Shown: positions 1 to 17,188, counted from the first letter of the stretch. The stretch: 64,000 bases of DNA from Flaccisagitta enflata (GCA_965153355.1 OZ231126.1:21638001-21702000), one strand, 5' to 3'. Numbers and translations: made by a program. The notes: generated by a model not told the origin, from the letters alone.

Positions 1-259
1 GTCCAACACATAAAAGAAAGAAAAGAATTAATGGAGGAATTTTGAAGACTTCATGATCCGACCTTGATGTCACCAAGAGCTGACCCGAAGCTGTCCTAAA
101 TGCTAAATATCAAATATGTCATAAAATAATATCAACCGTCCAAAGACCAACTGTTCTTTTGTTTCCGTCAATATTTTTTCCAATTCTTCCGTCATTTTTG
201 GACGTCGCTTGTCCTAGGTTCACTTGAAACAAAAGGTTCTGTCCTATGAGAATCCAAAG

Positions 260-743
260 ACACTTTTTTTTATAAGAACGTCATTTTTTTGGGCAAGCTT
301 TCAATGTTTTTAAATTTTGAGCTGTTTCAAAGCTTAAATGTTGTTAGACTGTTCTTAATTTAAACAAAGTTTTTAACCTCAACTAAGAACGTTCTTAATT
401 AGTTGAGTTTGTCATTAAGGAGAAAATGAAGGAAAATATTAATAAAACAACAAAGCAGCAGGTCTAAACATTTCAACTAAATAATAATATCAATAAAAGT
501 AGAAAGATACAAACTATATAAAGTGAGACATGTGTCGCTGTACAGAAAAGATACAACATCTGTCTATTTACAAATAACAATTGATTAAAAAAAAGCCTAG
601 AAAAAATGCTCTTAAATTTAAAAGATTTTAGGCCTAATGTTCTTAAATTTTTGAAGAAATGAAGCATTCCAATGTTCTTAGCATGTTCTTGAGTTTTGAT
701 GGTTTGAAGCCTAACATTCTTATAAACTTGGTTCTTATTAAAC
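260..743. mobile_element. Degenerate MITE-like element
   Basis: Begins TTTTTTATAAGAAC and ends GTTCTTATTAAA (imperfect inverted termini), with repeated internal ATGTTCTTA motifs. Confidence 0.35.
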
Positions 744-839
744 AAGGCCAACACCTATAAGTCGCGTGCAGGACAAAAATAACTGAACTGACTTGACTCC
801 TTATTGTATCTTTTTATCGAAAATCAGACTTAAACGCAA

Positions 840-1388
840 CCCAAAAAGACCCAAACCAGACTCAAACCAGACCCAAACCAGACTCCAACCAGACTCAAAC
901 CAGACTCAAACCAGACTCAAACCAGAATTAAACCAGACCAAAACCAGACCTAAATCAGACATAAACCAGACATAAACCAGACATAGACCAGATTTAAGCC
1001 AGACTCAAACCAGACTCAAACCAGACTCAAACCAGACTCAAACCATACCTCAAACCAGACTCAAAACCAGACTCAACCAGACTCAAACCATCAAACCAGA
1101 CTCAAACCAGACTCAAAATCCAGACTCAAACCAGACTTAAACCAGACTGAAACCAGGCTCAAACCAGGCTCAAACCAGGGTCTCCAAAACCAGATCTCCT
1201 CAAACCAGACTCAAACCAGACTCAAAAACCAGATTCAACCAAGAATTAAACCAGAATTAAACCAGACCGAAACCAGACTAATCAGACATAAACCAGACAT
1301 AGACATGTTCAAGATTTAAGCCAGACTCAAACAGACTCAAACCAGACTCAAACCAGACTCAACCAGACTCAAACCAGACTAAAACCAG
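840..1388. repeat. 11-bp tandem repeat (AAACCAGACTC)n
   Basis: Directly visible array, with more 1-bp indels toward its right part. Confidence 0.95.
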
Positions 1389-4300
1389 TTTTCCTGATAT
1401 GATTACGCTAATGATCGAATTAAAACATAATATTTCACCATCGATCATCAATAACTCCATATGGCGCTGAGATAATAATTTGATACCAGATAATTGTTTT
1501 TGAAGATATTTATCACTGGTTGGTAATATCGAGGTTAACTGAAATAATTAATGGCAGGAAAGAACGACCATCACCATCAGGACTCGTGATTTATCCAATT
1601 TGGTAAATACGAAGTGAAAAATGTTTTGAAAAATATCAACGATGACTCACATTGTAATTTGTATATCCACAAACGTTTGTGATAGGTAACTGGATGATGA
1701 TACAATAAACCGACCGTGAGGCTATGAACCTGCCGTTTCATTTGCATGCTGTTCCAGCCGACTATGCTTTACTGTACTTTGGTATGATATACATGGATGA
1801 AACGTATTATTTTGAAACATTATCATGTTGAGAGACTTTTCACTAATTGCTCAACAGAATGAGACTCCTCTTATATAAGATAAACACAAAAACTAATTAT
1901 TGAATAACAATTTAAAACCATATAATACAACTATAATTTTCACTAAAAGTTTAATATTTACGATGCTCGTGAAATTTCTGCCACTTGTAGACCTCTAACC
2001 AAGTTTCCAAAGCTAACAGTTTTACTTGACGATATTTAAAGAGCTAACAATAACTGGACTTTATAATAATAAGATATAATAGTGAGTAACAACTGTACTT
2101 ACTAATCTAATTTGATGAGTCTTATGAATTGTAGAATAAATGAATATAAATAATGTTTGAACACTACATTGACCTTAAATATCAATTTTATAAGATCACA
2201 ATATTTGTCCATCCCATCAGTGAATATGAGAATGAGGTAAAAGATGTATCCATGCTGTAGATATAAGATAACTGAGAGGTAATACTGACTTGGTTGTTGA
2301 TGAGCTTTAATAGCTAGATCACTGCAATTACAACTATAAGAGACTTCAATGGTGAACTGTTTCTTTTGGGCATTATTTACTGAGAATCTAAGATAATTCA
2401 TCATGAGTTTAACATGTTAAAAATGATTTAATTAAAACAGATTTCAATGTCAACTACATCACATACAGTTAAGTATGTTATGAGCTAATATTATTAATAA
2501 GTTAATATATTTTATATGTTAATTTCTGAATATACAATATGAATAATAAAAGATATATAATATGTTATATTATATATTTATTATATAATATTATATGTTA
2601 TTTTATTATGATATAAGTTATATATATATTAATACATATTACATATATATATAATATATGTTTGTTATTGTTATAATATATATGATATATGTGAATGTTA
2701 ATATTTAAGATTATGATTTTATTTATTATCATTGATCCATCGCCTGAGTTAAGATTGTTAATGGAATTTAACTAACATCTGGGAGATTGAATTTAATTTT
2801 ATCATTTAATGGTAGATAAGTAGAATAATCACATTTATCAAAAGAGAGAGTGATTTATCTTTTCAATAAACATATTAATTTACATCAATATTGTTCATGT
2901 ATTAAGATTCACTTGAGATAAATATAATTTTAATGTAAACAACCATTAATTTAATTTCTTATGATCTTTAAAATCTGATTATATCATGATTAGAGAGATA
3001 ATTTTCGTGACCAGTTATTACAAAGCTTTCAAATGCTTGAATAATCTACGTTACATAAGCCCATGGAACTAAGCCACCTTCGTAAATATCTGGAGCGACG
3101 CTGACGCTGGATTTCAGCTACACAGGTTCTGAGTTATGTGATATTGCCTGTGTCCACGATCCACTGCATGGCATCCCATTGTTACGCTGTGGTTGCTGCA
3201 TATTTGCAACCATGTTCTCTGATTGAGAATTGTTTCAAATCCATGTACCTGGTGTGCTCCACAGACCAGTATTTCCTTTTCTGTAAGAACAAAATCTTTG
3301 TATAATATATTTGATTTATATATCACACACAACGGAGAGACAGATTAAAACATGTTTGAGGGCTCATACTGTAGTTACTGAAACTGAGGTATTGATCTGG
3401 GAGGGGCGATCCCAGAAAGAACTTGACTTGACCTTGACCAACGTCGACCGCACTGGATAATGATGCCGCTTCGCTGATGCTATAAATTGCAACCCGCTGC
3501 AAAGATGAAAACGCTTATTGCTGCTGATCATTCACTTTACATGACCTCAATACAACCACGTTATTGATCCAGCCCACACAATAAGGATGTTACCCCTTTG
3601 ATGTGGGGATAGCGGCAACGCAGAAATGGTTATTGATAACCCGAGCTATTCAGATCAGATGGATCGCCAATTTGGTAGCTGGAAATGAATTAATCTGTAC
3701 TCATGAGAAATGAAAACTCAACTCATTTTGTCTTTACGGTTTTGAAATTTCACTGTTATGACGGTAGAGGCCTTTGTCACGCTGATACATCGCGCACGAT
3801 AGGCACGGTTTATCTTCGAGTGGCACCACAGCTGGCGGCCCCACCCGATGGCTACAGATTCACTTTCTAATCTCAAAACACCTATGCTCAGGTTTGAGAA
3901 CACGTGAGACTTTAGTTATGGATATAGCTATCAACTGAGAAAGACCTGAACCTTGTATTGTCTGATGTGAATTCTTGCCTACATCTTTATAGAGGCTTTG
4001 GGAAGAACTTAGAGTGAGATCATGATTATGATCTCTCTGCCACTTAAAAAATGCAGGATGGTTAATAGATTATTTGTGACTATGCTTGGGGAGAATGAGG
4101 TGGAACTGAATGGACTGGTTTTGAGATCCAACCCCCTTTGAACTAACTTGCAGTCATACCCATTTTCTGCACTAACTAATACAACTTCTTTTCCATATTT
4201 GATGATCCCTAAGCTCAGACTGAGGCTTAGTTCATGAGGCAAGTTCTTCACCTCCCTGAAATGAAAATAGTTATAAACCAGAAGAAATGGAGGAAAAATA

Positions 4301-4849
4301 TATTTTTAACCACCACATATTAAATATGATTAACATGAAAATTATATTGATCGGGTTTTCACCAAGAAACATTGAACATTATATTTAACTGTGATTTTTA
4401 TGAAATGAAAAACTAGAGAAAGGGAGAAGAGTTTTGAAATCACTCTGAGGTTCGATTTTCGAGGCTGAACCCACAAAACACGCTACCACTTTAAGACAGA
4501 GGCTAATTAATTCAAACTGTTTTAGAATTTATTGATAAATGATGATGGCAGAGACAAGTGTGATTTGTGTTGAGAACACTACAGAACTATAATACCATCA
4601 TAAATGACATGTAAGAATAAGAATCACTTTTCATACAGTGACATATTCTGACCTTTTTTATTGTAGTAGTCTTAACGTTAAATTTTACTTTTGTCCATGA
4701 CTAACGATTCCAAAGTGGACATTAACTGAGGTGTAAAGTTATTGTTCAACATGACCACACTTTCAATGAATAACTTTAAAATGGCTTTGACTGATTATCG
4801 ATATTTGAGGAGTTAGTGGCTAGGTGTTGCTCGGCAGCTTCATAAGATT

Positions 4850-5425
4850 AAGATCAACACCCAACCGGCCCAACCAGCCTATCATTTAAAAGTGAAAACA
4901 GTATAATTTGGCATTTTTCAACCGATTTATTAAACTGTATAGTCTCAATGAAGATCAACAGACCGATTTGTAATTTATATAATCCAGTTAAACTAGTCAC
5001 CCAACAGCCTGCACTTGTAAGTATCATGGCATCACATTAACCACCAAGAAATCTTAGATTATCTTCAATGAAGATCTATATGAATTTTTTTTTGATTAAA
5101 GATTTTTTAGATACAACTGGCTGGAAACTAGTTTACCACCCAATAAATACTAGTTTTCAAATAAAATGTGCATAACTTGGTATTTTTTACACCTGAATTT
5201 ATTATGTTAAATGTAGTTTCTAAATGGAAGGACTCAACATATGAATTTGATTCATAAAGATTTTAGCATGCTGACCGGCCAAACTGGCCTACCACCCAAC
5301 CTGTTAACCAGCCTAAAAGTGAAAAACATGCATAATTTTGGCATTTTTACCAATTTGATTGAAACTTGGTATGTATTCTCTAAATTAGGTTTGTAAAGAT
5401 TTTAGCATGCTAACCGGCCAAACCG
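4850..5425. repeat. Degenerate tandem units of roughly 140-150 bp (probable TE-internal repeats)
   Basis: Recurrent blocks CCAACC...AAAAGTGAAAA...CATAATTTTGGCATTTTT and AAAGATTTTAGCATGCT. Loosely similar sequence lies on the opposite strand near 13440-13630. Confidence 0.45.
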
Positions 5426-5620
5426 CCGTTTGACAACGCCATTTGACAATGTCATTTGACAATGCCGTTTGTAGACACCATTCAACAACGCCATTTAACA
5501 ACGCCGTTTGACCACGCCATTGGACAACGCCGTTGGACAGCGCCATTGGACAATGCCCTTTGACAACATCATTTTGACAACACCGTTCCACAACGCTGTT
5601 TGACAACGCCGTTTGACAAC
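5425..5620. repeat. 13-bp tandem repeat (ACAACGCCGTTTG)n
   Basis: Directly visible array of about 14-15 imperfect units. Confidence 0.9.
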
Positions 5621-7107
5621 AGTCGCCGACCCATACTCTTAAGATTTTTAGTCAGATGGTCAGACAGTCAGTTACTGCCCCTGCCCACCCGCACATGAAA
5701 ATGCAAGCAGTTTATTCAGTCATAATGCAGATTTTGAACGCACCCCTATTCGGTCTGTGTGTCAGTCTCCGTCTGTCTCCGTCTGTCTCCGTCTGTCTCT
5801 GTCTGTCTCCGTCTGTCTCCGTCTGTCTCTGTCTGTCTCCGTTTGTCTCTGTCTGTCTCCGTCTGTCTCTCTCTCTCTCTAGTGAAGCAAGTTATGTGTA
5901 TTTTTTTCACCTATCAAAGGACGGTTAAATTTGGCACAAAATGAGACCATTGCACACATATTTCCACTCTCTAGCAATCTGACTGGTGCCAGCACGTCTG
6001 TCAGTATCAAAATTAATCAACTGGCAAGGTTTTTTTGTGCGCGCGCACATTTCAACGCATTTTGAAACTGGGTATGGCCCAATTTTTTTGAGGAAAAAAA
6101 AGTGCCAGAAAACCACTGGCGGATTCCACTCACATTCAGTTACAAAGGGACCATGAATATAATCAGAAATGTCATTCATGGTTCTAACTATTAAAATACA
6201 TGTAATTACGAGTCAATCCATGTGCGCAACGGGATTTTTGACCATTTTAGCCGTTTTCGATTGAGTACCCTAACTGAAATCCGCTGAAAGCTTATCAACA
6301 AACTGCTCAGATGCCAAAAGCTGATTAGCCAGTTGCTTGCTCATTAGCCACCAACATTTCACCCATCTGAGAAGCAAGATTTAGATCGGATCGTGTAATT
6401 TTCTTGAACTGTCATAACCTTTTCATTTTTCCATGTCTGCTTTATCAAATTGGCACTTCAATGATTAACGCACATGTAAACTGTGCCATCTGAGCCTCCT
6501 GCTTCTCAAACCAGAATATATCACGTTCGATTAAAAAATGATAACGCAATTTGTTGACGATTCTCAATTTCCATCTGGTTCATCTATGGCCTCTGTTAGT
6601 CTTACAATTTTCTATGACCCCATCTACCATCCTTAGATAGAAATCTGAGGGGGAAATTTGTGATTTGTGGAACGTGTCAGATAGCTGTGGAAGGCAGCCT
6701 GTACTAGGTGAGGAAGAGTCGAGAGATATCAGATCTCCACTTGACATATCTTATAAATTTAGAACAGAGGATGAAAAACCTAAAGTTATAAGTTTTGAGT
6801 TATCTGCTAAAGTGACAGATATCTGACTGACTGACCATCAATCAATGACATGACTGATCTGAAGTGTTGGCACTTTAAAAAAAAAAAATCACTGACTGAT
6901 CTTGATATCACAGGCCAAATGACGCTTTATAAAAAATGCATCTTCACAAGAAGAATGAGAGGAGAGAAAATCGAGGAGGCTGCACTGCAACAGCTTGATG
7001 TTTACATCACAAAAATGATGACTGGTTTTTTTTAACTTCCTGAGGTCAAGATATATAAGATATGTGAGATCAGAAATTAATGAGATGGCTGAGGAATAAG
7101 ATTAATG

Positions 7108-8530
<1,423 letters not shown>

Positions 8531-9710
8531 GAAAAATCTTGAAATTTTGCAGCTGGAATGAAACCCCAAAGATGATAGGAAATATAGGAAGAATAGGGGA
8601 TTGGGGGAAGGAGTGGGAACATGATTAGACCAAAGATGGTAGAAGAGACAAAACTTCCTTTAGGCGCTCAACGCTTTGGTCTCATTGGTCAACTGTCGAG
8701 ATTAACGAAAACAGTCCGGGAGAAAAACAAACAGGACTTGAAAAACATTTACGCCGTTAAGAGTGAACTTTCACAAAACCGGATTTGAATTGCAAATATC
8801 TTATTTTTAAATCATGAATAAAAAACATTTGGCGATAAGTGATCGTGACGATGACCCTTGGGTTTTCTTACATCGTTAAACCTCTTAAATTCTGTTTTTG
8901 AAGAGTAATTTTCAGGACGTAAAGGTCAAGATAAAGGATTGTTTGAAATGAGAACGAAACAGAGATTTATTAGGTGGGATAGAGAAAAAGAAACTTTCTT
9001 GTGCGGCGTATTGCGCATATACAAGTCGTGTACAATCCAAGATACAGTTGATTGGTCTGTTCACACTTACGTCTGTTACGTTAAGTTTGATATTGCTTCT
9101 AATTCTTAGAAATGAATTAGATATAGCGAAAGTGTTATTGAAAACATTAGTAATCCTCATATTTTCATATGTCGATATCAAATGGCTGCACGGCGTTAAC
9201 ATCCGTTTCTGTATCCGTTAAAAGAATTGACAATATAAGTTTTTAACTACAGTAACTTGCGGGTTAACTTGCCATGCGCTCTAGTGAAGCTCGATTGTAT
9301 CATTCTTTTTAAAAACTTGTTTAGACATAACCTCATTAGTCATTACCATATTAGTTATTCAAATGTATATGTAAACTCTTTGGTCCTCCCGGTCTTTGTC
9401 TCTGTAAACTGCATCCAACTTTCTCTCTCTCTCTCTCTCTCCATTTTTTTGGCTAACGTAATTAGATTCAAGAATTCATATTGCCTCGCTAGACAAACCC
9501 GTTTTAAAAACTTCATCATACAAATTTTCTAGAATGTCATAAAATCCTTGGAAGCCGACTTCCAAAGAGAAATGATTAGGATATAAAACATTCATTTTCA
9601 ATAAACATAATTTTGAGTTAGACATAGTTATTGATGTTTTATCCATTGAGTCTAAACAGGTTATACTCTTAATGGTAAAAAAAACGGGGAGGTGAAAAAT
9701 AGATATTAGG

Positions 9711-9853
<143 letters not shown>

Positions 9854-11318
9854 GAGAGAGAGTCAGATTGAGAATTTCTTGAAAACCCGAATCTTTGATG
9901 CCTAGACTCGTAATTGCACTTGTCGTAAAAACCGCAGCTGGCAAGATTCGGCCAAAAGAGTATCTCGTTGAACTTTCACTACCTATCATTCATTAGCTTA
10001 TCCAGATTCATTAGCTTATCCAGATTGCTCGTTAGGTAATGATTTTATTGTCTGCTTTGGGCACATCTTTTTGTTTCTGGTTCTCATTTCTTTCTCATTT
10101 TTGTCTTATAATCCACATTTGAGTGTCATTGGTTCACCCGGGAATTCATTACCTTTTAATGACTGAAAACCATTATTAAAATCAATCTGAGTGAATATCA
10201 TTTATCCGGAAACTCACTTGATTATGTTTGATATAAAGACTTATGTTGACAAGCTTTGTCTGATGTTGATAAGCTAGAAATATCGATGCATCATTAACAA
10301 GTTATTGAATCTACCCAAAAATACACAGTTGATGATAACCTACCAGTTAACACCAATTTTTCTTCACATCGTTTTCCTTTCCCCCTTTCTCCCCCTGTGC
10401 CCCCCCCCTCCCCTGTTTGCATAATGATTTTCTCCCGTTTTGCCTTCCATAATCTATTTCTCCTTCCAATCTCATTCCAACGCTGCCATTAAAACCATAT
10501 TCCTCTCCGGATCCGGCTCTCAATTACCATCTGTCTGTCTCGCTGTCTATATTCGACTATCTGCAAATGTCCGTCCCCGATTCTATACGTTTTTCTGTCC
10601 ATAAGCTTCCAGTCTGTCCGTCTGTTTTTTTTTTCTCTCTCTCTCTCTCCTCCTTTAAAAAAGCTAACCATTTTTTTTTCAAATCTTTTTTTAACTTCTC
10701 ATAATAACCATTTTCTCCGCCTCGTTTTCGCGATTTATGAGATGGGAGTCGCCATTTTATTTCTCGACTCCATCTGCGTCCATTTCCTAGAAAAAAGGAA
10801 AATCCTTGGAAATGGTTTCGCTGAAAAGCGAAAGCAGATGTGGTCGACTTTGGGGTGGATGGGATGGATGCTGGTTGGTGTTGAATAGCCGTTGAAGGGG
10901 ATGTGTGATTGTATGGGGGGGGGGGTATGTGAAATCAGTGAGTTGTAGCTATCGATTTTTATGCCGCATCCACTGTTTCCACTTCCGCTTTCAATTTACA
11001 GTTAAGATACTAGTAGGTATCCTATCTTCCACATTCCTATTTGTGCCTGTAGTCAGTCTTTCGACATCGCTTTGTGTTTTTGTTCTTTATCAAGACAAAG
11101 ACATTTCTTGTACAGAATCTTGTTCTCTTTCCTCTTGCCTTCTAACACTTGTTTTCCGCAAAGAAGGCGTTTTTTTTCGGTGGGATTGCGTGCATTTTGT
11201 AAATATTTAATGCGAAAAAGAGAAGTCAAAGTCTAATCTCTGTCCAGAAACCAACGATACGGCCTGATTCAGTTAGGGAAAAAACAAGAGGAACTAAGGA
11301 GTTATCTCTTACGTCATG

Positions 11319-11429
<111 letters not shown>

Positions 11430-12210
11430 CCAGACAGACAGATATGGAGACAGACATGGAGACAGACAAGCAGACGTCAGGAAGCTGGATGGAAGAGAGC
11501 AAAAAGAAAATAATGGGCATCGGCGGGGCAGTCTATCAGATAGCCCATATCATACACCAGCAGCTGTCCATAATTCTTTTCAACGTTTTCTTTCTTTGAT
11601 AGATTCAAACTTCAGCCTAAGATTCATGATCACAACAGCCGCGTTGGCTCAGGCCTCGAGGGGAGATGAGTTAGAGATACAGAAACCAACCAAGGCACAA
11701 CTCCATAATGGAAGGAATGAAACTGCCCAAGAAAGTATGGACGTGACCAAGAATGCAAAGCACTACTCAAGAATGGAGTACCAAGAATGGAAAGCAACAA
11801 AGAATGCTCAGTCTCGACAAAAAATCGTGCTATGGCTGAAGAAGATGATAAAGTCTTACCGACTTTGTATACTTTTTTCAAATCTTAGTCGGTTGAAAAG
11901 ATAAGGACAATAAGGACAATGATGACTTCCTTGTATCTAGGAAAAACATCTGTCATTCAATTTTTGTCATCATACGCGAGGGGAAGAAACATTTTTGCGA
12001 GCACAAACATGAGGGTAGAAAAAATGGAAAGCAGTCGAAGAAAAACGTGGACGAGGGGGGGGGGGTCAGGGCAAAGGGGAACAACGGAATAGGGGATGGT
12101 TGGATTAGGCTTAATGCAATGCAAAAAAGCCAAGAATTGCGACCAAGTGTAGATCGTTTACGTAAAAAGTCGGACATTTTGCGTCAGCCATTTAGACCAC
12201 GAAATGGCAT

Positions 12211-12546
<336 letters not shown>

Positions 12547-12924
12547 GTCAATATCATAGATCGGTCAAACGGCAATTTTGTTGCCCTTCTTTTTCCAACG
12601 AATATTGATTTATTGGTTTCTGCTTTGTCCGTTTCTGACCTAGAAATTCCCAAATTTGGAAACTTTTTAATGCAATTTCGGGACGCAACTAAACCAACGA
12701 CGGAAAAGCTCGGGGCATGCTGTAACTTTTTGTGTACAGGTTAGCGAAACTGCGTTCTCAGTGCCATCATGTGCCATGATTCCACCCTTAAGCCAACTAA
12801 ACAAGTAACGGGGTTCCAATATTGTCGCGGACGGGTGGGCAGGAGTGTCCAACCCCCAGGTGTGTTATGTATGGAGTAGTTCCGCTACTCGGAATGACAT
12901 GGGTACCTCTCGGAATATCTCAGA

Positions 12925-13085
12925 TGAAGAAGAAGAAGAAGAAAAAGAAGAAGACGAAGAAGAAGAAGAAGCGGCAGAAGAAGAAGAAGAAGAAGAAGAA
13001 GAAGAAGAAGAAGAAGAAGAAGAAGAAGAAGAAGAAGAAGAAGAAGAAGAAGAAGAAGAAGAAGAAGAAGAAGAAGAAGAAGAAA
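12925..13085. repeat. (AAG)n microsatellite
   Basis: Directly visible. Confidence 0.95.
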
Positions 13086-15730
13086 AATAGGAAAGTGAAG
13101 AAGAAGATAGGGCAAATGTCAAGAAACGGCAAGTAAGCAGGGGTAGAACTAGCCATTTTCTTAATGATTCAAATTCGACAAAACTATACATTACTGTATA
13201 GCTTATGAAGTTACATATACGAATCCATAGAAGAATTTTGTTAACTGAGCTCATTTTTCATGCAAATTAAGCTTAATTAGACAGATTTTGTACACAAAAA
13301 AATACAAAATTAAGCATATTGTAGCAAAAAATCAATATGAGAATATTTTTTACCTAAATTATGTTTAAACGCTATAGTATGAGGGTGTTTCATGAAAAAA
13401 AATTGAAATTTCATGAATTTTCAAAAAATCTCTATAAGCACCATTTTTGGTTGGTTGGGCAGTGCTGTATAAATTTGTTCGGCCAAGCTCTTCTTCATAC
13501 TAGTAATGTAGATACTCTTCAACAACTTTCATGCAAAATTTCAGCCAAATCGGCTAACTCATTCAAAAGTTATGCCACTTTTTCGTTTTTTCATCTGGTA
13601 GGTTGGTTGGGCTGGTTGGGCCAGTTAGACTCATCTTCAGAAGACCAACTTTTTTGGCCTGATCTCTCTTGGTAAAGTCTGTTTTCCCGCAAAATTATGT
13701 AGCTCAAAGGGTTCATGAGAGAGGCGCATTTTTTGCAAATTGACAAATTGATTCTTGTTTCCTTCAAAGTCCGCGAAATCTTGACTTCCGCTAAGAAGAA
13801 AATAACTACGAGAATCGTCTGATGAGCGTATCAATTCTGTTCACACTTAAGGACCAATAAAATATAAAATTTCATTGTGACTGAACGCCTGGGAGGTAAG
13901 ACTTCAAATTTTCAGTGTAGACTCAAAATTTCACGCTCTTTCACGTGGTGTGATCAGATTTTGTGTAAATTGTGTGGTTTTCACGCCATAGTGGCATATT
14001 TTAAGCGTTAGGTATGCGTTAGAAATAAATTTGGGGGTGAGCAAATTGATACGCTCCAAGAAATTTTTATTTCTCTGCTTAGGATCAACCTAATAACATG
14101 AAAATGGAGGGAAATGTCCCTCAAGTTGTTGTCCATCGAATGGTAAAAGAAAAAATGCTTAATGTTAAAGCAAAATGAGTTAAATAAAAATAAATATCAT
14201 AATGTTCAGCTTTGAGAGAAACAAAGCAAAAAAATCGAGGAAGGAAAAATTTGATATTTACACCATTTTTTGATAACTCTTTGTTTCAGTAATGAGTTGA
14301 AATTTTTTGTGTATCCAATGGGACTACTACTAGTTGATGAAAACTCATAAAATCATAGGAAAAGACATTTCTTGATTGGTTTTGCTTGCTGTTTTCTACT
14401 GGAGACAAAATGGAGACAAGCCAAAAAAAGCCCTTTGACCAAATTTTTAGACCCCCTAAGGGTAGGGAGGGTCACAAAAAATGGTTTGAAATTGTGCATT
14501 GGGTAGTCATGAATGTCTTTGAACCATTTATTCCGCATATAATGATGTATCGGAAGCTTGTGCTAACGTAGATTGGTGGAAAGTCGAGCCCTCCTGCTTG
14601 CTGCGGAACCGTGACATTTGCCATAGAGAAGAGAAAAAAAGGGACATGGTCACACTTCTACTCCCATTCACATGCTCACCGTCTTTATTCCCTTCAACCT
14701 CTGAGACTGGCCCAGCGTCTCCTATGCCTACCTTCAATCCACAACTATTGCCACTAGTTTCTGGGCGGGATAGATCCCTCGCCATCCGAAAATGCCCCCA
14801 GAAGGTTATCCGGAAGGTTTGCAGCTAAAGCAACAACTGGCAACTTATTGTCTTGCTTTCCCTACTAATTTTTTACTTTCATGTTGAGACTCGGAACAAT
14901 CCTCATAAACGTTCTTTAGCGTGACACAGTTAAACCGATCATAGCAATCATGGAATTTTTTCGTAATTTTAAGAAGCAACACTCAAAGAAGTTGGGTGTT
15001 GAATAATCTGGGACGACATTAAGTTATTCTAAATACTAGAAGAAACATTTTTATTGCAATATGCAAATCATCTTTCACATTGCTTTTGAGATACGGAAAG
15101 ACGTAACATGTCTATGTATGATCTCGTCGATTAAGTTGAAACGAATAAAAAGACATAGCCAAAGAAGACAAGACAATCAACGATACATGTGAAACATGAA
15201 GCTAACCTTTGCCCATTTGACAAGAGTATGATAGACAAATCGGAAGAGCTAAAGGGAAGATAAATGCTACTCTGAGGGAAAGAAGAAAAAGCACCCCTGC
15301 CAACCCCCACCCCCATCCCTACCTCTAACCAAACATAAGCATCTACAACGCTCGTTTTACCACTTTTCGACCGACGGACAGGCAGATTAACGGACGGACG
15401 GACGGACGGACGGACGGACGGACGGACGGACGGACGGACGGACGAACGGACGGACGGACGGACGGACGGACGGACGGACGGACGGGCGGACGGACAAAGC
15501 CTCTTATAGTATCGCTTGTCTGCGACTAAAGAAGAGGACTTACAATTTTATTACGGAAAAGGTTTCCTTTACGGCAGTTCTACGTTAGATTGGTACTCCT
15601 TTATTGATAGGCTACCCCCACTCCCACAGAAAATTCTCTTCGAAACAACCATCTTGCTCTGCTTCTCCTAAACTCTTGTTTCTGCGAACAATCCTTCACT
15701 GGCGACATTGACAGAGTGAGAGAGCTCAAT

Positions 15731-15842
<112 letters not shown>

Positions 15843-16174
15843 CCATTCCATCAGCCTTGTAACGAAAGAGGAAAAAGACCTACTTTTTGTCCTTCTGCTG
15901 ACTTGCCTGTGCACAATAACAGTGAGAATTGAGTACAAAGAAAGCGCACATAGATTGCAGTTACACTGACGACAACGACGACAATGGCGACCAAAACGTT
16001 GATGACGACGAAAGTGATGACGAAAATGACGACGACGTCAGCCGTGACGAGGAGTAGTTGCACCATCGATCTTGCAATTGCTTACTTTAGAGATGAAATG
16101 TAGCACGGAATGTAGACCAACTTTGAGTAATTTGCGATCAAGAGCGAAGCTTCTCTCTCTCTGACGCTCTCTAT

Positions 16175-16590
<416 letters not shown>

Positions 16591-16625
16591 TTACAGTACG
16601 ATGGGAGCAATAAGAGCAGTAGAAA

Positions 16626-17000
16626 GAGGGCCCTCTATATTCTCACTGTTTAAAGGAAGAACCTAAAGCTTTGGTTTTTCTGAAAGCTGATGGTCCAAGG
16701 TATTGAGTGAACACAAAATTCCAAACCAAGTGATTCATAAGAAAACCGCCAATTGATGGTTTTAAATTGCATGTGGTGTGATAGCTTTATTGATAGAGTG
16801 ATGAACTTAAGAAAGATAATTTCTCTCTCTTCAGTGTCACAGGTTCAAATCCAGAGTGGTGCTGCACTTTTTTTCTTTTTGGTCAACAGTTAGAGCTAGA
16901 GGAATAAAACTATATTCACTCAAAGCTCTTGCTCATCAGCTTTCAGAAAAACCATAATTGAAGCTACTTCATTAGAATAGTGAAGCAGGAAATGACCCTC
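16626..17000. mobile_element. MITE with imperfect long terminal inverted repeats
   Basis: GAGGG...TCACTGTTTAAAGGAAG...TGGTTTTTCTGAAAGCTGATG on the left is mirrored by CATCAGCTTTCAGAAAAACCA...CTTCATTAGAATAGTGA...CCCTC on the right. No clear TSD. Confidence 0.6.
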
Positions 17001-17041
17001 CATCTGAGGTTCTCATTGCTCCTATGGTACTGTACTTCATC

Positions 17042-17188
17042 TTTTTAGTCGCGGACACGCGACTCTATAACCCACTTTTCGGTCCGTCGGTCCGTCCGTC
17101 GGTCGGTCGGTCACAAAGTTGTTTTTCGACTTTTTCCGCTCCTGCCCACCCGTCCGCGACTAATGCTGCCGTGTATACGGCCTTGTTT
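17042..17188 (-). mobile_element. Family A DINE-1/HINE-like non-autonomous element
   Basis: In element orientation: AAACAAGGCCG..ACACGGC start, AGTCGCG motif, GGGTGGGCAGG, (GACG/GACC)n microsatellite, terminal palindrome AGTCGCG....CGCGACT then AAAAA. No TSD, T-rich flanks. Confidence 0.7.

Noticed and set aside
840..1388. Regular repeats as a CRISPR-like or telomeric array
   Set aside because: Head-to-tail 11-mers without unique spacers, a eukaryotic context, and no match to a telomere motif I recognise. The 21-bp arrays in family B were rejected as CRISPR-like for the same reasons.
3718..3903. Minus-strand ORF with GRQ...KFQNRK resembling a homeodomain
   Set aside because: The G-to-F spacing is 31 residues instead of ~45, and the invariant Trp before FQN and the ELEKEF helix are absent.
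16830..16865. GGTTCAAATCC B-box-like motif suggesting a tRNA or SINE
   Set aside because: No cloverleaf could be built, and it lies inside a MITE.
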